DNA of 64,000 bases, from assembly GCF_001194135.2 (NCBI RefSeq), contig NC_068990.1:1024438-1088437 (forward strand), read 5' to 3'. The DNA is from Octopus bimaculoides. Its lineage: Eukaryota. Positions 25,636-38,420 of this stretch are shown here, in pieces. The notes under the pieces were generated by a model that saw only the letters and a list, made by a program, of their open reading frames with translations, ran no database searches and was not told where the DNA came from. Position 1 is the first letter of the stretch; each line of letters opens with the position of its first letter. Made by a program: the position numbers and the translations under genes.

Positions 25636-26210
25636 TCGCTTGCGAAGACCTGTTGAGGCAAGTGAAATCGAAATCAAAGTAAATTCGACGGCTGGCACCC
25701 ATGCCAACATCTCTTTCATTGGACACTAAACTCGGCTTGCAAAGACCAGTTGGGGCAAGTGAAAGCGAAATTGTGATGGCACCTGTACCAGTGGAGTGCT
25801 AAGAGCACCGTCCGAGCGTGATCGTTGCCAGAGCAGCTGTCTGGCTTCCGTGCCAGTGGCATGTAAATAGCACCATTTGAGTGGCACTTGTGCCGGTGGC
25901 ATGTGTAAAGACATTTGAGCGAGATCATTGTAAGTGCCGCTGGACTGGCTCCTGTGCAGGTGGCACGTAAAATACACCATTTTGAGCGTGGCTGTTGCCA
26001 GTGCCACCTGAATGGCCTTCGTGCTGGTGGCATGTAAAAGCACCCACTACACTCTTGGAGTGGTTGGTATTAGGAAGGGCATGCAACTGTAGAAACTCTG
26101 CCAAATCAGATTGGAGCCTGGTGTAGCCACCTGGTTCACCAGTCCTCAGTCAAATCATCCAACCCAAGCTAGCATGGAAAGCGGACGTTAAACGATGATG
26201 ATGATGATGC
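25636..26210 (+). mobile_element. RTE-tail element closely related to the 22645 copy
   Basis: It shares the duplicated GCTTGCGAAGACCTGTT.GGGCAAG.GAAA module and the tail. Confidence 0.75.
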
Positions 26211-27639
26211 CCATTTACAACCAGTATGTCATATCAAGACACATACATGTGTTGCAAGCCTGCAAGATTAGGGATGCTCAGCTGGAGAGGGATGCAGGGG
26301 ACATGCCTGTATGCAAGGACAACCTTGATTTTACGATTCTACTTAGCTTGACATATCCTCTCAAGCACAGCAAACCACCAGGAACCTTGGTCCTCTGCCA
26401 TCCCTTCTGTGAGGCCCAACATCTGAAGATCCTTTTCCACTACTTTGTCTCATGTCTTCCTGGGTCTCAATTTTACTTAGCTTGACATGTCTTCTCAAGT
26501 ACAGCAAACCACCAGGAGTCTCGGTCCTCTGTGAGGATCGACACACACACACACAACACACTTCCAGTTTCTGCCAGTAAAATCCCTTCACAAGGTTTTA
26601 GTTGACCCAGGGCTATAGTAGAAGACACTTGCCCAAGGTGTCACACATTGAGATTAAACCCAAGACTATATAGTTAAGAAGCAAGCTGACAACTACAATA
26701 ATCATGAGTAAAACACAATAAATGAGGTTAATAGTTCCATAAAGAACAGGGGAACTGTTAATGCATTTTATTTTTTCTTGAGTTTTAGGACATATAATCT
26801 TTTCTTGGTTTCCATGGCAAATAAATGGCTGAGATCCCTGGTCCAAAGCAGGACTCAAGATCAGCAATTTTTGAAGGAAGGGGATAAGTCAGATCAACCT
26901 CAATACTTGACTGATACATTATTTTATTGACCTCGAATGGGATGAAAGATAAAGGTGACCTCAGTGGAATTTGAACTAAGGAAGCAAAGAGCTGGAAGAA
27001 ATGCTGCTTAGCATTTCGTCCATCATGCTAATGATTCTGCAAGCTCGTTGCCTTTTAGGAAAGGAAAACATTTCATTAAATCAACACTACAATTATTTGA
27101 CTTGTTCTTTTATCAACACTAAGATAATGAAAGCAGAAATTAACACCAAAAGGATTTGAACTTAGAATAGGATGGGGCATTTCTAAATACTATTAAGGAT
27201 TTTGTTCAGTATTCTATCAATCCTGTTAATAAAAATTCCCGACATAAGCACAAGGCTAGAAATTTGGAGAGCGAGAAAAATCAATTGCATTGATGCCAGT
27301 ACTTGACTGTAACTTATTTTACTGATATTTGAAGGATGAAAGGCAGTATTGACTTGGCAGGATTTGAACTCAGAATGTAAAGAGATGAAACAAATAGAGT
27401 GAGGCATTTTACCCAACCCTCTGACTAGTCTGTCAACCTATCACCATCTATGTCAAGTACTACAGTCAATATAATTTATTATCCCTTCTCTTCTAAATTT
27501 GATGCCTATGTCTAAGGAATCAATATAAATAAAAAGTTCAATATTGAAATGGTTTATTTTCATTGTAATTTCTAGCTTGACCATTAGGTTTTGTTATTGA
27601 TTTAATTAAAGGGCCAGTTATTGATTAGACTGGGCTTGT

Positions 27640-28850
27640 TCAGCATATGTAAACACCAGCTCAGTGAAGGACCTCAACAGTAGAGGATTTTATTTGTGCA
27701 TAAACAGATACTTATGTCGTCAGAGAAGTAATTTTAATATGTATAGGAGTGATACATTACTCTGCCAGTCTTAACCTACTAAAATATCATTTGAATTTCT
27801 AAATAAATGTACTTCTTTTATTCCTCCACATTTGACTGTTAGTATTGGTATGAAAAGGAAACATGGTTTATGGTTTCCAATTCCTTTCAGTTAGTATTTC
27901 ATCTGAATTTTGGATGGGGTAATTCATTATATGTAAAAGTACTTACAGAATCTCAGAATTTATCCAATCTTTTGTTCCTATAGTTTGGTTACTTTTATTT
28001 TGTCCAATTGATTCCTCAATATTTTCTTTACTAAACAGTTCTTCTGCTTGGTCTGATTTTCCACAGAAGTTCAGAAATATCATCTTGCATTTCATCAAAA
28101 TCAGAGTTTTATAATGTTGAAGTGATTTTGAATTCATTTGGGAGAATTTGAATTTATTCTGTCAATAGGGTTTTGAGTTAAAGCAATTAATTATTTTCGG
28201 TATCTTGCATTTGGTTTCTACCATAGAATGACAAAATTTCTGTTGAGTCAAACTAAAAAATGAAAATGATCTCTTATTTCCCAATCTATTGTGTTGGTAT
28301 TTCTGAAATTCTATTTACCATGTTTTCATCCAGTCTCCTATAAGAATTCTGTTCACTTGCTGGGTTAGATTGTGTTTGACCTTGTTTTGAATTGTCTTTT
28401 GAGTTATATTTTCTATTTGTTTGCATATAATGGTTTCTCTGATTCTGTGAAACATTCTGTATTGACGAATAGGAACTTGTCTCCTCTAATAAAGTTGTTT
28501 TCTCATCTAAGTCTTTTGGAACTAACAAGATTGTTTTTCTATCCATTACGACTATTGGTTTTCCTGTTTGGCACTTGTTTAACTACTTGCACACAGGATT
28601 TGCAGATTTTCATTTATTTCATGAACTTTCCTTTTGACATTCTTCTTTACAAATTTAATGTTACAACATAGTGAGCAATTGGGTTTATTTGAAATTTCCA
28701 CTTCCATTTACTCCTTAATTAATTTCGTAATAATTTGATTTCCTTTCTGAATGTAGCTAGTGCCATCTTTTTCCTGAGTCTTCTTTGTTGCTTAGGGTCA
28801 TCATGAATAAGCTTAAGAAGTAATTTTCTTGGATGAAAGACAGGTGTTGA
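27640..28850 (-). mobile_element. Highly degenerate Penelope-like ORF (region upstream of and entering the RT)
   Basis: Broken frames read LTE*IQILPNEFKITSTL*NSDFDEMQDDISELLWKIR, EELFSKENIEESIGQNKSNQT and LTVK..EVHLFRNSNDILV. These occur in the order expected for PLE ORF N-terminal motifs. Recognition is by eye only. Confidence 0.5.
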
Positions 28851-29218
28851 ATTAATCCACTTTTTATAGTTTCTTTGACCAGTTAGTAATATCAGAACAC
28901 AATCTCCCTAACACTACACCCTGTTGTCTGAAAAGAGAAATAACAGACAATATAACCCATGTTTCTATATCTCTAAAAACATGTGATAGCCATAGCTAGA
29001 ATGTTTGTCGTCAGAAGTTTGCTTCATCAGGGGTAACTTGGGGCTAAACAACATCATCAAAATTGATCTTATGAGGAAACTTGCAATGGATCATCATCAT
29101 CACAGACTAGGGTTTTCTTTCCATGCTGGCATGAGTTAAATGGTTTGACTGAAACTGGTAAGCTAGGGAGCTGCACCAGGTTCCAATCTGAATTGGTATG
29201 GTTTTTACGGCTAGATGC

Positions 29219-29228
29219 NNNNNNNNNN
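29219..29228. other. 10-N assembly gap with a duplicated flank
   Basis: 37-nt sequence repeated on both sides. Confidence 0.95.
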
Positions 29229-29519
29229 TCCAATCTGAATTGGTATGGTTTTTACGGCTGGATGCCCTTCCAAGTACCAACCACTCCAAGTGTGTAATGG
29301 GTGCTTTTTATGTGCCACTGGCACAGGTGTCAATTACATGACATCAGCATCGGCTACAACTATGCTTTCAGTTGGCTTGATGAGTGTTCTCAAGCACAGC
29401 ATTTTGCCAAAGATCTCAGTTATTTATCATTGCCTCTGTGAGGCCCAACATTCAAAGTGTATCATAACCATAGCTGACAGGCACAAAAACTGAATTGAAG
29501 GTAGCAAGCTTGACTTCTT

Positions 29520-29960
29520 TTTAATTTTTTTAATCAACATCTCCACTTCAGGAGATCAAATACTGAAGCTAGCACATCACTGTGCCAGCAACTGCAATTC
29601 TAGCATCCAATTCAACGTTTTGCCTCCTATTACATGTGAGTATGGTTCCATGAAAGTTAAACGACTTCTTTTGTCCCACACAAGAACACTTATCTCAAGT
29701 TCTGGAGGTGAAATATTTGTAACAAAAGTTAGTGACTTACATAAGTGTTACTCAGTTTCACGTGTAGAAAAGCATTTCTGATTGTTCCATTACTGTTGAT
29801 GTAAATAGCTAGATAGCCACAAGTTTTAATGAAGGCTGAATGATGTTGGATAATGTATATAGTTCTCACCCATTAGTCAGCTCTGCTCACATGATAGACT
29901 CAATAGCTGAATGATTGCTTGCTGTTGTAATGGCTGCTGGCCATTATTGAACAATTGCTG
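29520..29960 (-). mobile_element. RTE-like LINE RT fragment
   Basis: KSFNFHGTILTCNRRQNVELDARIAVA resembles the post-RT F.YLGS.I....EIDARI.KA motif. Confidence 0.5.
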
Positions 29961-31489
29961 AATGAGGGACATCTGTCATGCAATAAATACAAGTCGTCTC
30001 TTTTCTTTAATTAGAAAAGTCCAGTAAATATTTTGCAAAATTTATGAAATAGTACTTATAATTTATGGCTTAAAATTAATAGATAACTCCAGACAACAGT
30101 AATAAAGAAATTCATACTTCTTGTTTATGGAAGTTTATGGATGCAGTAGGTAGTTTCAATATGGGAAGTTCCTTGGAGATACAATGACAGAATGTTACGT
30201 ACTCTGTGCAAATAATAAGAGACCTTGTCAAGTATGTTGGTTTTTACAGGGAAAGTTATTTCACTGGTCCAAATTTTCAAGGTAAAAATGACACAGAGGG
30301 TAGAATTTCTCCTAGGATTTGAAGGAATACACATGCTGAAGAAAGCTTCCTTTGAAATTGTTGGTTGAATCTCATGTACTTTCTCAATAACAAAATGTGA
30401 ACTACTGACCAAACATTCAGTAAGTAGTTCACTGGTATAACCTCACAGCCAGTGTGTCTATATTCATACAAACATATGCATACTTATACACATGCGTACA
30501 TTCATATACACATATATTCACTTACATTCATATGTCTGTACTTCCTGTCTGCTATCATGAATGGCCAGGAAATTACCCTCCTATTTCTGCTTCTTTATTG
30601 AGTTCAGTGTGTGTGTATCTATACATAACAGAGATTGAGACAGTCTACCATGTTATGTTATGTGTGCATGTGCATATATGGCTGCATAAGTGTAAAAATA
30701 ACCTACGTATATCTTCCTACCTACATGTTACACATACAACAAAAGAACTTAACCTATTGATATAAGAATTACATTCTCACACATACATATATGCAAAAAA
30801 AGTTCCAAGTTATACATATTTCTCTCTCTTTCTCTCTCATACACACACATATATATCCACATCCAATTCCATGTAAGAATTGCATTAAAGTATGAGTGAG
30901 TGGGTGTACATATCACTCTTCCAGCAATATACTTTAATATAAGTTTTGCATTAGTAAATACACACACATAGACACACTCGTAGCAGGAAATTATATTGAA
31001 GAGAATTTAGTTGACAATATCTTTTTTGTCTCAGACAAATGTAGAGAGGGTCAGATATCAATGAAATCATTTTAATGTCCTGTTATATGTTGGTTAAAGA
31101 CGGAAATTACCAAATGGAAGAGAATAATTCTATCAAAATATAATGATGAAGGTACTGAAAGAAAATTTGAGAAAAAAAAAAACCTTAGAAAGAAGTAAAC
31201 ATCACAACAGAATATATATTATCGATGCCAGAATAATAGGACACGAGAGGAAATGTAATGTAGTAGTTAATTATGACCCTTTACATTCTGAGTTCAAATC
31301 CTACTGAAGTCAACTTTGCTATTCATCCTTGCCTGAGTGTGATGAAGTGAGGTGGAGTGATTAAATGAATTATCAAGTACCAGTCAAATGGTGAAGTGGA
31401 TTTGATATATCTACAATGTATCCTCAAAATGAATGTGAGTCTAATAGAGGATGACAGAACTGTCTCCATCTTCAAATGTGTGGCCATAT

Positions 31490-31855
31490 ATTCTTTTGTT
31501 TCAGTCATTTGACTGTGGCCATGCTGGAGCACCGCCTTTAGTCGAACAAATCAACCCCAGGACTTAGTCTTTATAAGTCCAGTACTTATTCTATCAATCT
31601 CTTTTGCTGAACTGCTAAGTGACAGGGGATGTAAACACACCAATACCGGTTGTCAAGCAATGGTGGGAGGACAAACACAGACACAGACACACACACATAT
31701 ATATACGACAGGCTTCTTTCAGTTTCCATCAACCAAATCCACTCACAAGGCTTTGGTTAGCCTGAGGCTATAGTAGAAGACATTTGCTCAAGGTGCCATG
31801 CAATGGGAATGAGAACCCAGAACCATGTGGTTGGTAAGCAAGCTACTTACTACAT
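31490..31855 (-). mobile_element. SINE family A
   Basis: Full reverse copy. Confidence 0.75.
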
Positions 31856-31929
31856 AAAAACAAAAAAAAAAATCATTACTGTAGTTATTCTAATTATTTA
31901 TTATTAAAGGGACAACCTGGTAAAATTGT

Positions 31930-32600
31930 TAGTGCATTGGACAAAATGTTTAGTGGTAATTTTTGTGGCTCTTTACATTCAGAGTTCAAACTCTGCCAAG
32001 GCTGACTTTCCCATGAGCACTGGGGCCAATGTAATCAACTTCCCCACTTCCCCAAACTTGCTGGCCTTGTGCCAAAATTTGAAATCATCATCATCATCAT
32101 CATTATTACTGAGGTTGTTGTAGTCAACCACCACCCCACTACAAAATTCTTAACCTTGTGCCAAAATTAGAAAGAGTTACTATTATTGTTGGAGGTTGAT
32201 GTAATCAAGTGACCCCTAATGCTGCTGGCCTTGAGCAAAAATTTGAAGTAATTAAAAATATTACATTCTCGGTTCAAATCAGACCTGAGGTCGACTTTGC
32301 TTTTCAACCTTTAAGTATCAATATAAAAAAAGTACTAGTCATGTACTGGGGCCACAGTAACTGGTTAACCCATTCCTTAGAAAACTGCTAGCCTTATACC
32401 AAAATCGGAAGGCAGTGAGCTAGCAGAATAGTAAGAGAATCAGAAAAACTGCTTTTCATTGAGTTCTTTACATTTTGAGTTCAAATCCCACTAAAGTCAA
32501 CTTTGACTTCTATCCCTTCAGGGTTTGATAAAATAAAGTACCAGTTTAAGCACTGGGGTTGATATAATTAACATCATCCCGTCAAAACAACTGGCTTTGT
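31930..32600 (+). mobile_element. SINE family B array with repeated tail segments
   Basis: Repeated ...GGCCTTG(T/A)GC.AAAATT.GAA tails separated by (CAT/ATT)n. Confidence 0.65.
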
Positions 32601-34144
32601 GTCTAAATTACACACCCACACCAACACACTGAGCTTTTTTCAGTTCCTCTCGTCCAAATTCTCTTGCAAGGTTTCGGTTGATCCAGGGCATTAGTAGAAG
32701 ATAGTTGCCCAAGGTGCCACAAAACAGGACCGAATCTAAAACTATGTGGTTGGGTAGCAAACTCCAGTCACACAGCTAAGCCTGTCTATGTATTTCTAGT
32801 CATTTAATTTTTTATCATCATCAAAACCATTCTGTATTCCCACATTCTCCATTCATTATGGGAAATTTCTTTTCCAAATATCTTGCCCATCAGCCAATTG
32901 AAAGACCACCTGGGTGTCTTAATTTTTTTCCATATATTTTGAATTACAGATTTCCTGCACAACTCTTTTGGTTTTGTCAAAAGATCAGTAATGTGAAACT
33001 AAGTTGGAAAATATTAGAAGACGGCTTTAACGCACACATCTATCTCACTCTCCTTTCACTGGCAAGCACTCTTCTTCACACATATACACACCCTTGTTTA
33101 CAATGGCAAGTTCATCTACATATAAATACACATGCATATATGTCTGTGTATCATTATTATGACGTATTTTAAAACCAACACAAATATTTTAAAAAATTCA
33201 AACAGGAAATTAAATAAGTGATATTCTAAATCCAATTACCAGATTCAATTTATTCATTTTTTTTAAAAAGCATTTTGTCAAGGTTATGTTTGTTTGTTGT
33301 ATTAATGTTGTTATTTCCCTACATGTGGTGGACTCATTAATTGAAATAATGCTTATTTTTCCTGTTGTATTTTAGAGGAGTCACATTTGACATTTATTCA
33401 ATGTTTAGCTTTCTTTTATAGTTAATATCAATTATATATATTATGTAGGGTGTGTGTGCATGTGCATGTGAATATATGTATGAGTGCAACAATAGCTGCA
33501 TAGTTCAGAAGTTCATTCTTCAATCATATGGTTTAGGATTCTATCCCACTGCATGGCACCTTGGGCAAGTGTCATCTCCTATAGCCCTGGATAAACCAAT
33601 GATTTCTGAGAGAATTTGGTAGCAGGAAACTGTATGAACCAATTCTCTCAGTCAAGCCACATGAAATTGTAGTCATGGTCAATGCCAATGTTATAGAACT
33701 GGCACCCGTGCTGGTGGCACAGAAAAAGCATTCATCGAACTTTGGGCCTCATGGAGGCAGTGACAAGTAACCAAGACATTTGGCAATATAATGTGCTTGA
33801 GAAGAGTTGCGAAGCCAAGTGAGATTGTAGTGGTGGCTGATTCCACTGTCAGGTAACTGGCACCTGTGCCAGTGACATATAAAAAGCACCCACTACACTC
33901 TTGGAGTAGTTGGCATTAGGAAGGGCATTCAGCTGTAGAAACCTTGTCAAATCAGATCGGAACCTGATTCAGCTCCCCCAGCTTAACAGTTTTCAGTCAA
34001 ACCATCCAACCCATGCCAGCATGGACAATGGACATTAAATGATGGTGATATATATAATGTATTGAGAGTGACTGCACACAACTTGATGAAAGCAAAAATT
34101 TGATATCACTGTCAATCCTATTCTTCATAAAGAATTGTATTTCA

Positions 34145-34505
34145 GGCTTGGCTGTGTGGTAAGAAGCTAGCTTCCCAACCACATGATTCTGGCTTCAGTC
34201 CTATTGCATGGCACTTAGGGCAAGTGTCTTCTACTATAGCCTTGGGCCGACCAAAGCCTTGAGTGGATTTGGTAGATGGAAACTGAAAGAAGCTTGTTGT
34301 GTGTGTGTTCCCACACCACCGCTTGACAACTGGTGCTGGAGTGTTATATCCTCATAAATTAATAGTTTGGCAAAAAATCAGTAGAATAAGTACTAAGCTT
34401 TAAAAAATAAGAACTAGGGTTGATTCATTTGACCAAAATTCTTCAAGATAGGGCCTCAACATAGCCGCAGTCTAATGACTGAAACAAATAAAATATAAAA
34501 GATAT
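34145..34505 (+). mobile_element. SINE family A
   Basis: GGCTGTGTGGTAAGAAGC head, body and A-rich tail. Confidence 0.75.
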
Positions 34506-35379
34506 ATATATATATATATAAATATACATTTGTATATATATATATACACATTTGTATGTATCGCCATGTTGGACTGCTGAACTCTATACATTTTTCTTCA
34601 TTCTCTCCCTATTTATTTCCTCTTATTCCTTTCTGTCAAAGAGCAAAGGCTCAAAATGTAAAAGACCTCTCCAGTTTTCCTGAGCATCAAACTAATAACT
34701 TGCTTCTTGTTCCTACACCTGTCTTTGTCTTTTGTCTTTCTATAAATTTAAACTATGTATGTGCTTGTTCATTGTGCTACTTCATTAATGCTAGCATCAG
34801 TCTCACAGATATATTTTTGAGGCACTGCTTTATAACCCTAACCCATCCAGTCCCTGTTATAACTTATGTTTCCAAAGTGTGTGAGTGTGTGTATAGTTTT
34901 CTTTTTATCAACAATCATGAATTGTTCTGATGATTAGACTGTTAGTTTCCTCCTCGTCATCTTTGTATATATGTGCATTCACATGCATATCTAATTCTGA
35001 TTCAATATCTTTTTCTCCTCCATTTTTTAATACTGGCTTATGATATATTTATACCTATAATGATATCTTTCAACTATTATTTTCATATTCTTATTCCTGG
35101 CTCTGGATATTTTTTTATGAATATGATGAATCTTTATTAGAAATCAGTCTCCACACCCATTGAAACTTTTTCTGAAAAATAAAACAACACTCCCCTCCTC
35201 TTACCTTCTACCTATAGAGCCATCAGTAGCCTTACCTTATCATGCATTGTATCCCCTTCTCCAACATCTCAAAAACCCATCCACTCCCTGGTCTTTTGCA
35301 TATAGCTCTATAAAAACAATCAGTAGGTAACTCCCATTAGAAAAACACAGTACATGTGAGCCTCTTAAGAAATCTATTT

Positions 35380-35466
35380 TCCCTGATGAAGGAGGTGGCA
35401 TCCAATTATGAATGTAAATATCTTTTATATGACTGGATACCTGGACCCCCAGAAACGGCTGTAGGA
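35380..35466 (+). ncRNA. Type I hammerhead-ribozyme-like motif, probably from a Penelope-like terminal repeat
   Basis: TCC-CTGATGA (35383-35389)-[long stem II]-GAAAC (35452-35456)-GGCT-GTA-GGA. Stem I is TCC/GGA, stem III is AC/GT, and the cleavage triplet is GUA. Confidence 0.55.
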
Positions 35467-36291
35467 TTATTAACTGGATTAGTAACACCCAAACTTTTTA
35501 TCTTATAGACTCTTAACTCTTTTTATGATTTCGTTTTATAATCTGTAAGTCGATCTACATATGTATTTATTTTTCCAATATATTTTTAATGTATATATTT
35601 ATATATTTTTACAAGTATATTTTTAATATGTTTGATGTATTGAACATACTTTTGGAGAAATTCATCCATGTTGGGTCTAAATGTATATGTGAACTTGATT
35701 TGCCTAACTGTGATTCATACTTCTACATTATTCTATCGCCTCAGGTTTGAATATCTTGAGCACTTCAAAGTGAAGTATATGCATTGGAGAAAATCTTTTT
35801 CATATATACATATCATCATCATTTAACGTCCGTTTTCCATGCTGGCATGGGTTGGATGGTTCGACTGGGGTCTGGGAAGCCAGGAGGCTGCACCAGGCCC
35901 CAATCTGATCTGGCAGTGTTTCTACAGCTGGATGCCCTTCCTAATGCCAACCACTCCAATAGTGTAGTGAGTGTTTTTTACATGCCACCGGCACATATAC
36001 ACACACACATACATATATATATATATACACACATTTATATAATTTAATATATACAATCACAAAAGAGCTAGTAGTTTCATACTTTAAGAGACATTCAACT
36101 GGCAAATTATATAACATTGCATGTTATAAATTTGCCAATGTAATGCATCTTAAACTATGAAACTATTAGTACCTCTGTTATGGTTGCGTATATTAAATGA
36201 TATTTATCTCTCACTGGATAGAGTACTTTTTTGTTGATCCTACCTATAATATATATATATATATATACACATACACATGCACACACTATAC

Positions 36292-36327
<36 letters not shown>

Positions 36328-36818
36328 TATGTGTATACTGTTTTAAATAGATTGCAGTATTTAAGACCATAGCACTTTAAGATGAAATTCTGAACTTAAC
36401 TATCTGATAAATACAATATAGAATAAAATGAATATCAGAAGTAGTACTACAGCTGAAGTGGGCATGCCATCATGGCCTCAGACCAATGACTGAAACCAGT
36501 AAACATTTATATCAGAAGATATTTCGCAATTTATCCTAAAGTAATATTTCGGAATAGTAATTTCTGGAGAGAGCATTAAACCTGATCTTCAACCTGTTTA
36601 AGCCTTATCAGTTTTAGTGTGCTGAGAATTGCAAATGTGCTCTCTTAGTTGGTTTGTGTGTGTGTGTATCCATGCCTTGATGTTATGTGATGTCTAGTCA
36701 TAGAGAAATATTATCTCACTGCACAGCACCTCAGGTAAATCTCATAGCACCAGACCAACCAACGACTTACAAGTGGATCTGACAGATGGAAACTGAAAGA
36801 AGCCAGACGTGTGAGAGG

Positions 36819-36858
<40 letters not shown>

Positions 36859-37399
36859 CAAGGTGGCAGGGAATATCATTGTTAATTGCTATCTCTATCT
36901 AATTTTTTTGAGATAGTAGAAGTGGAAGGTTGACATATGAAGACTATCTCCTTAGCTAAGCAGTTAAAATTAAGAGGGCTATTATTTGAGTTAGTACAAT
37001 TGCAGATAGTTGTACTGAATTAGGTTATAGTGGATACAATACTTTTGCAGAATTTCTATTAAAGATTTTATGGTTTTTGTCCTGACACGGAAATATTGTA
37101 AATATGGGGCAACAGCTTCTTAATTATAGGGAGATCTAAACCAGTACATTTTTCAGGACCCATTTCTATTGTCCCTTGTTATTAGCACCATGCAGTGGTT
37201 TTAAATGATCAGTAACACGAGACAAGCAATGTCATTCATTTTCAGTCTTCTGTTAAGAACAGGACTGGCCATGGGGAAGTGATGAAGGGTGGTGAGAGAA
37301 AGGGCATCCAGCCACAGAAGATCTGCCTCAACGAATTCTATCCAAGCCCTGCAAGCATGGACAAAGCGGACATAAAATAGAATGATGATATGTAGACAT

Positions 37400-37553
37400 A
37401 GATATGGCTGTGTGGTAAGAAGGCTTGATTCCCAGCCATGTGGTTTCAGGTTCAGTCTCACTGTGTGGTAGCTTGGGTAACTGTCTTCTACTATAGCCCT
37501 GAGCTAACCAAAGCCTTGTTTGGTAGATGGAAACTAAAAGCTGCATGTTGTGA

Positions 37554-37587
<34 letters not shown>

Positions 37588-37795
37588 ACATGTCTTTGTG
37601 TTCTTAATCACTGCTTGACAACTGGTATTGGTTTCTTCACATCCTGTGACTTGGTGGATTGGCAAAAAGACATTCATAGAATAAGTAGCAGACATTTTTT
37701 TTTTTTAGATGATGTTGGGATCAATTTGTATGATTAAACTCAAGGTGGTGCTCCAGCATGGCCACAGTCCAATAAGTGAAATGAGTAACAGATAA
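37400..37795 (+). mobile_element. SINE family A
   Basis: Head, central (TG)n and tail. Confidence 0.7.
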
Positions 37796-38099
37796 ATGAT
37801 ATATGTATATGTGAGTGCTACTGTTTCTTTGCTTTGATGTCATGTGATGGCTGTAAAATGAATGTCATTACAATAGCTTATCTCTTCTGTGACCCCATGC
37901 CTGGCCAGAGGGAAATATTTATCTGGAAAGGTGAGGGTGGGTGACAGGACTGGCATCCAGCAATACAAAATCTGCTGCAACAAATTTCATTCGCCCCATG
38001 CAAGCACGGAAATATGATGAGACATACATACATTGACAAAACCGTTAATCCCTTGGGGGTTGTTGGGGCACTGCAGCTGTACTGCACATCTAGGGTGAG

Positions 38100-38420
38100 A
38101 AAGCCTGGTAGAGCCCATTCCTTTCCAGGCTAAACTAATTTCTACAGCTGAGTGGACTGGAGCAATGTGGAATGAAGTGTTTTGCTCAAGAACACAATGG
38201 ACCACCCCGTCCAGGGATCGAAACCACAATCTTATGGTCATGAATCTAACACCCTAACCACTAAGCAATGTGCCTCCACTAATGATACTCATTTCTACTA
38301 CTGAGTGAACTGGAGCAATGTGAAGTGAAGTGTTTTGCTCAAGAACACAATGCATCACGTGATCCAGGCGAAACTACAATCTTACGATTGTGAGTCCAAC
38401 TCCCTAACCACTAAGCCGTG
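38100..38420 (-). mobile_element. SINE family C with two tandem tRNA-head segments
   Basis: The segment CTGAGTG.ACTGGAGCAATGTG...CTAACCACTAAGC occurs twice. Confidence 0.65.
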
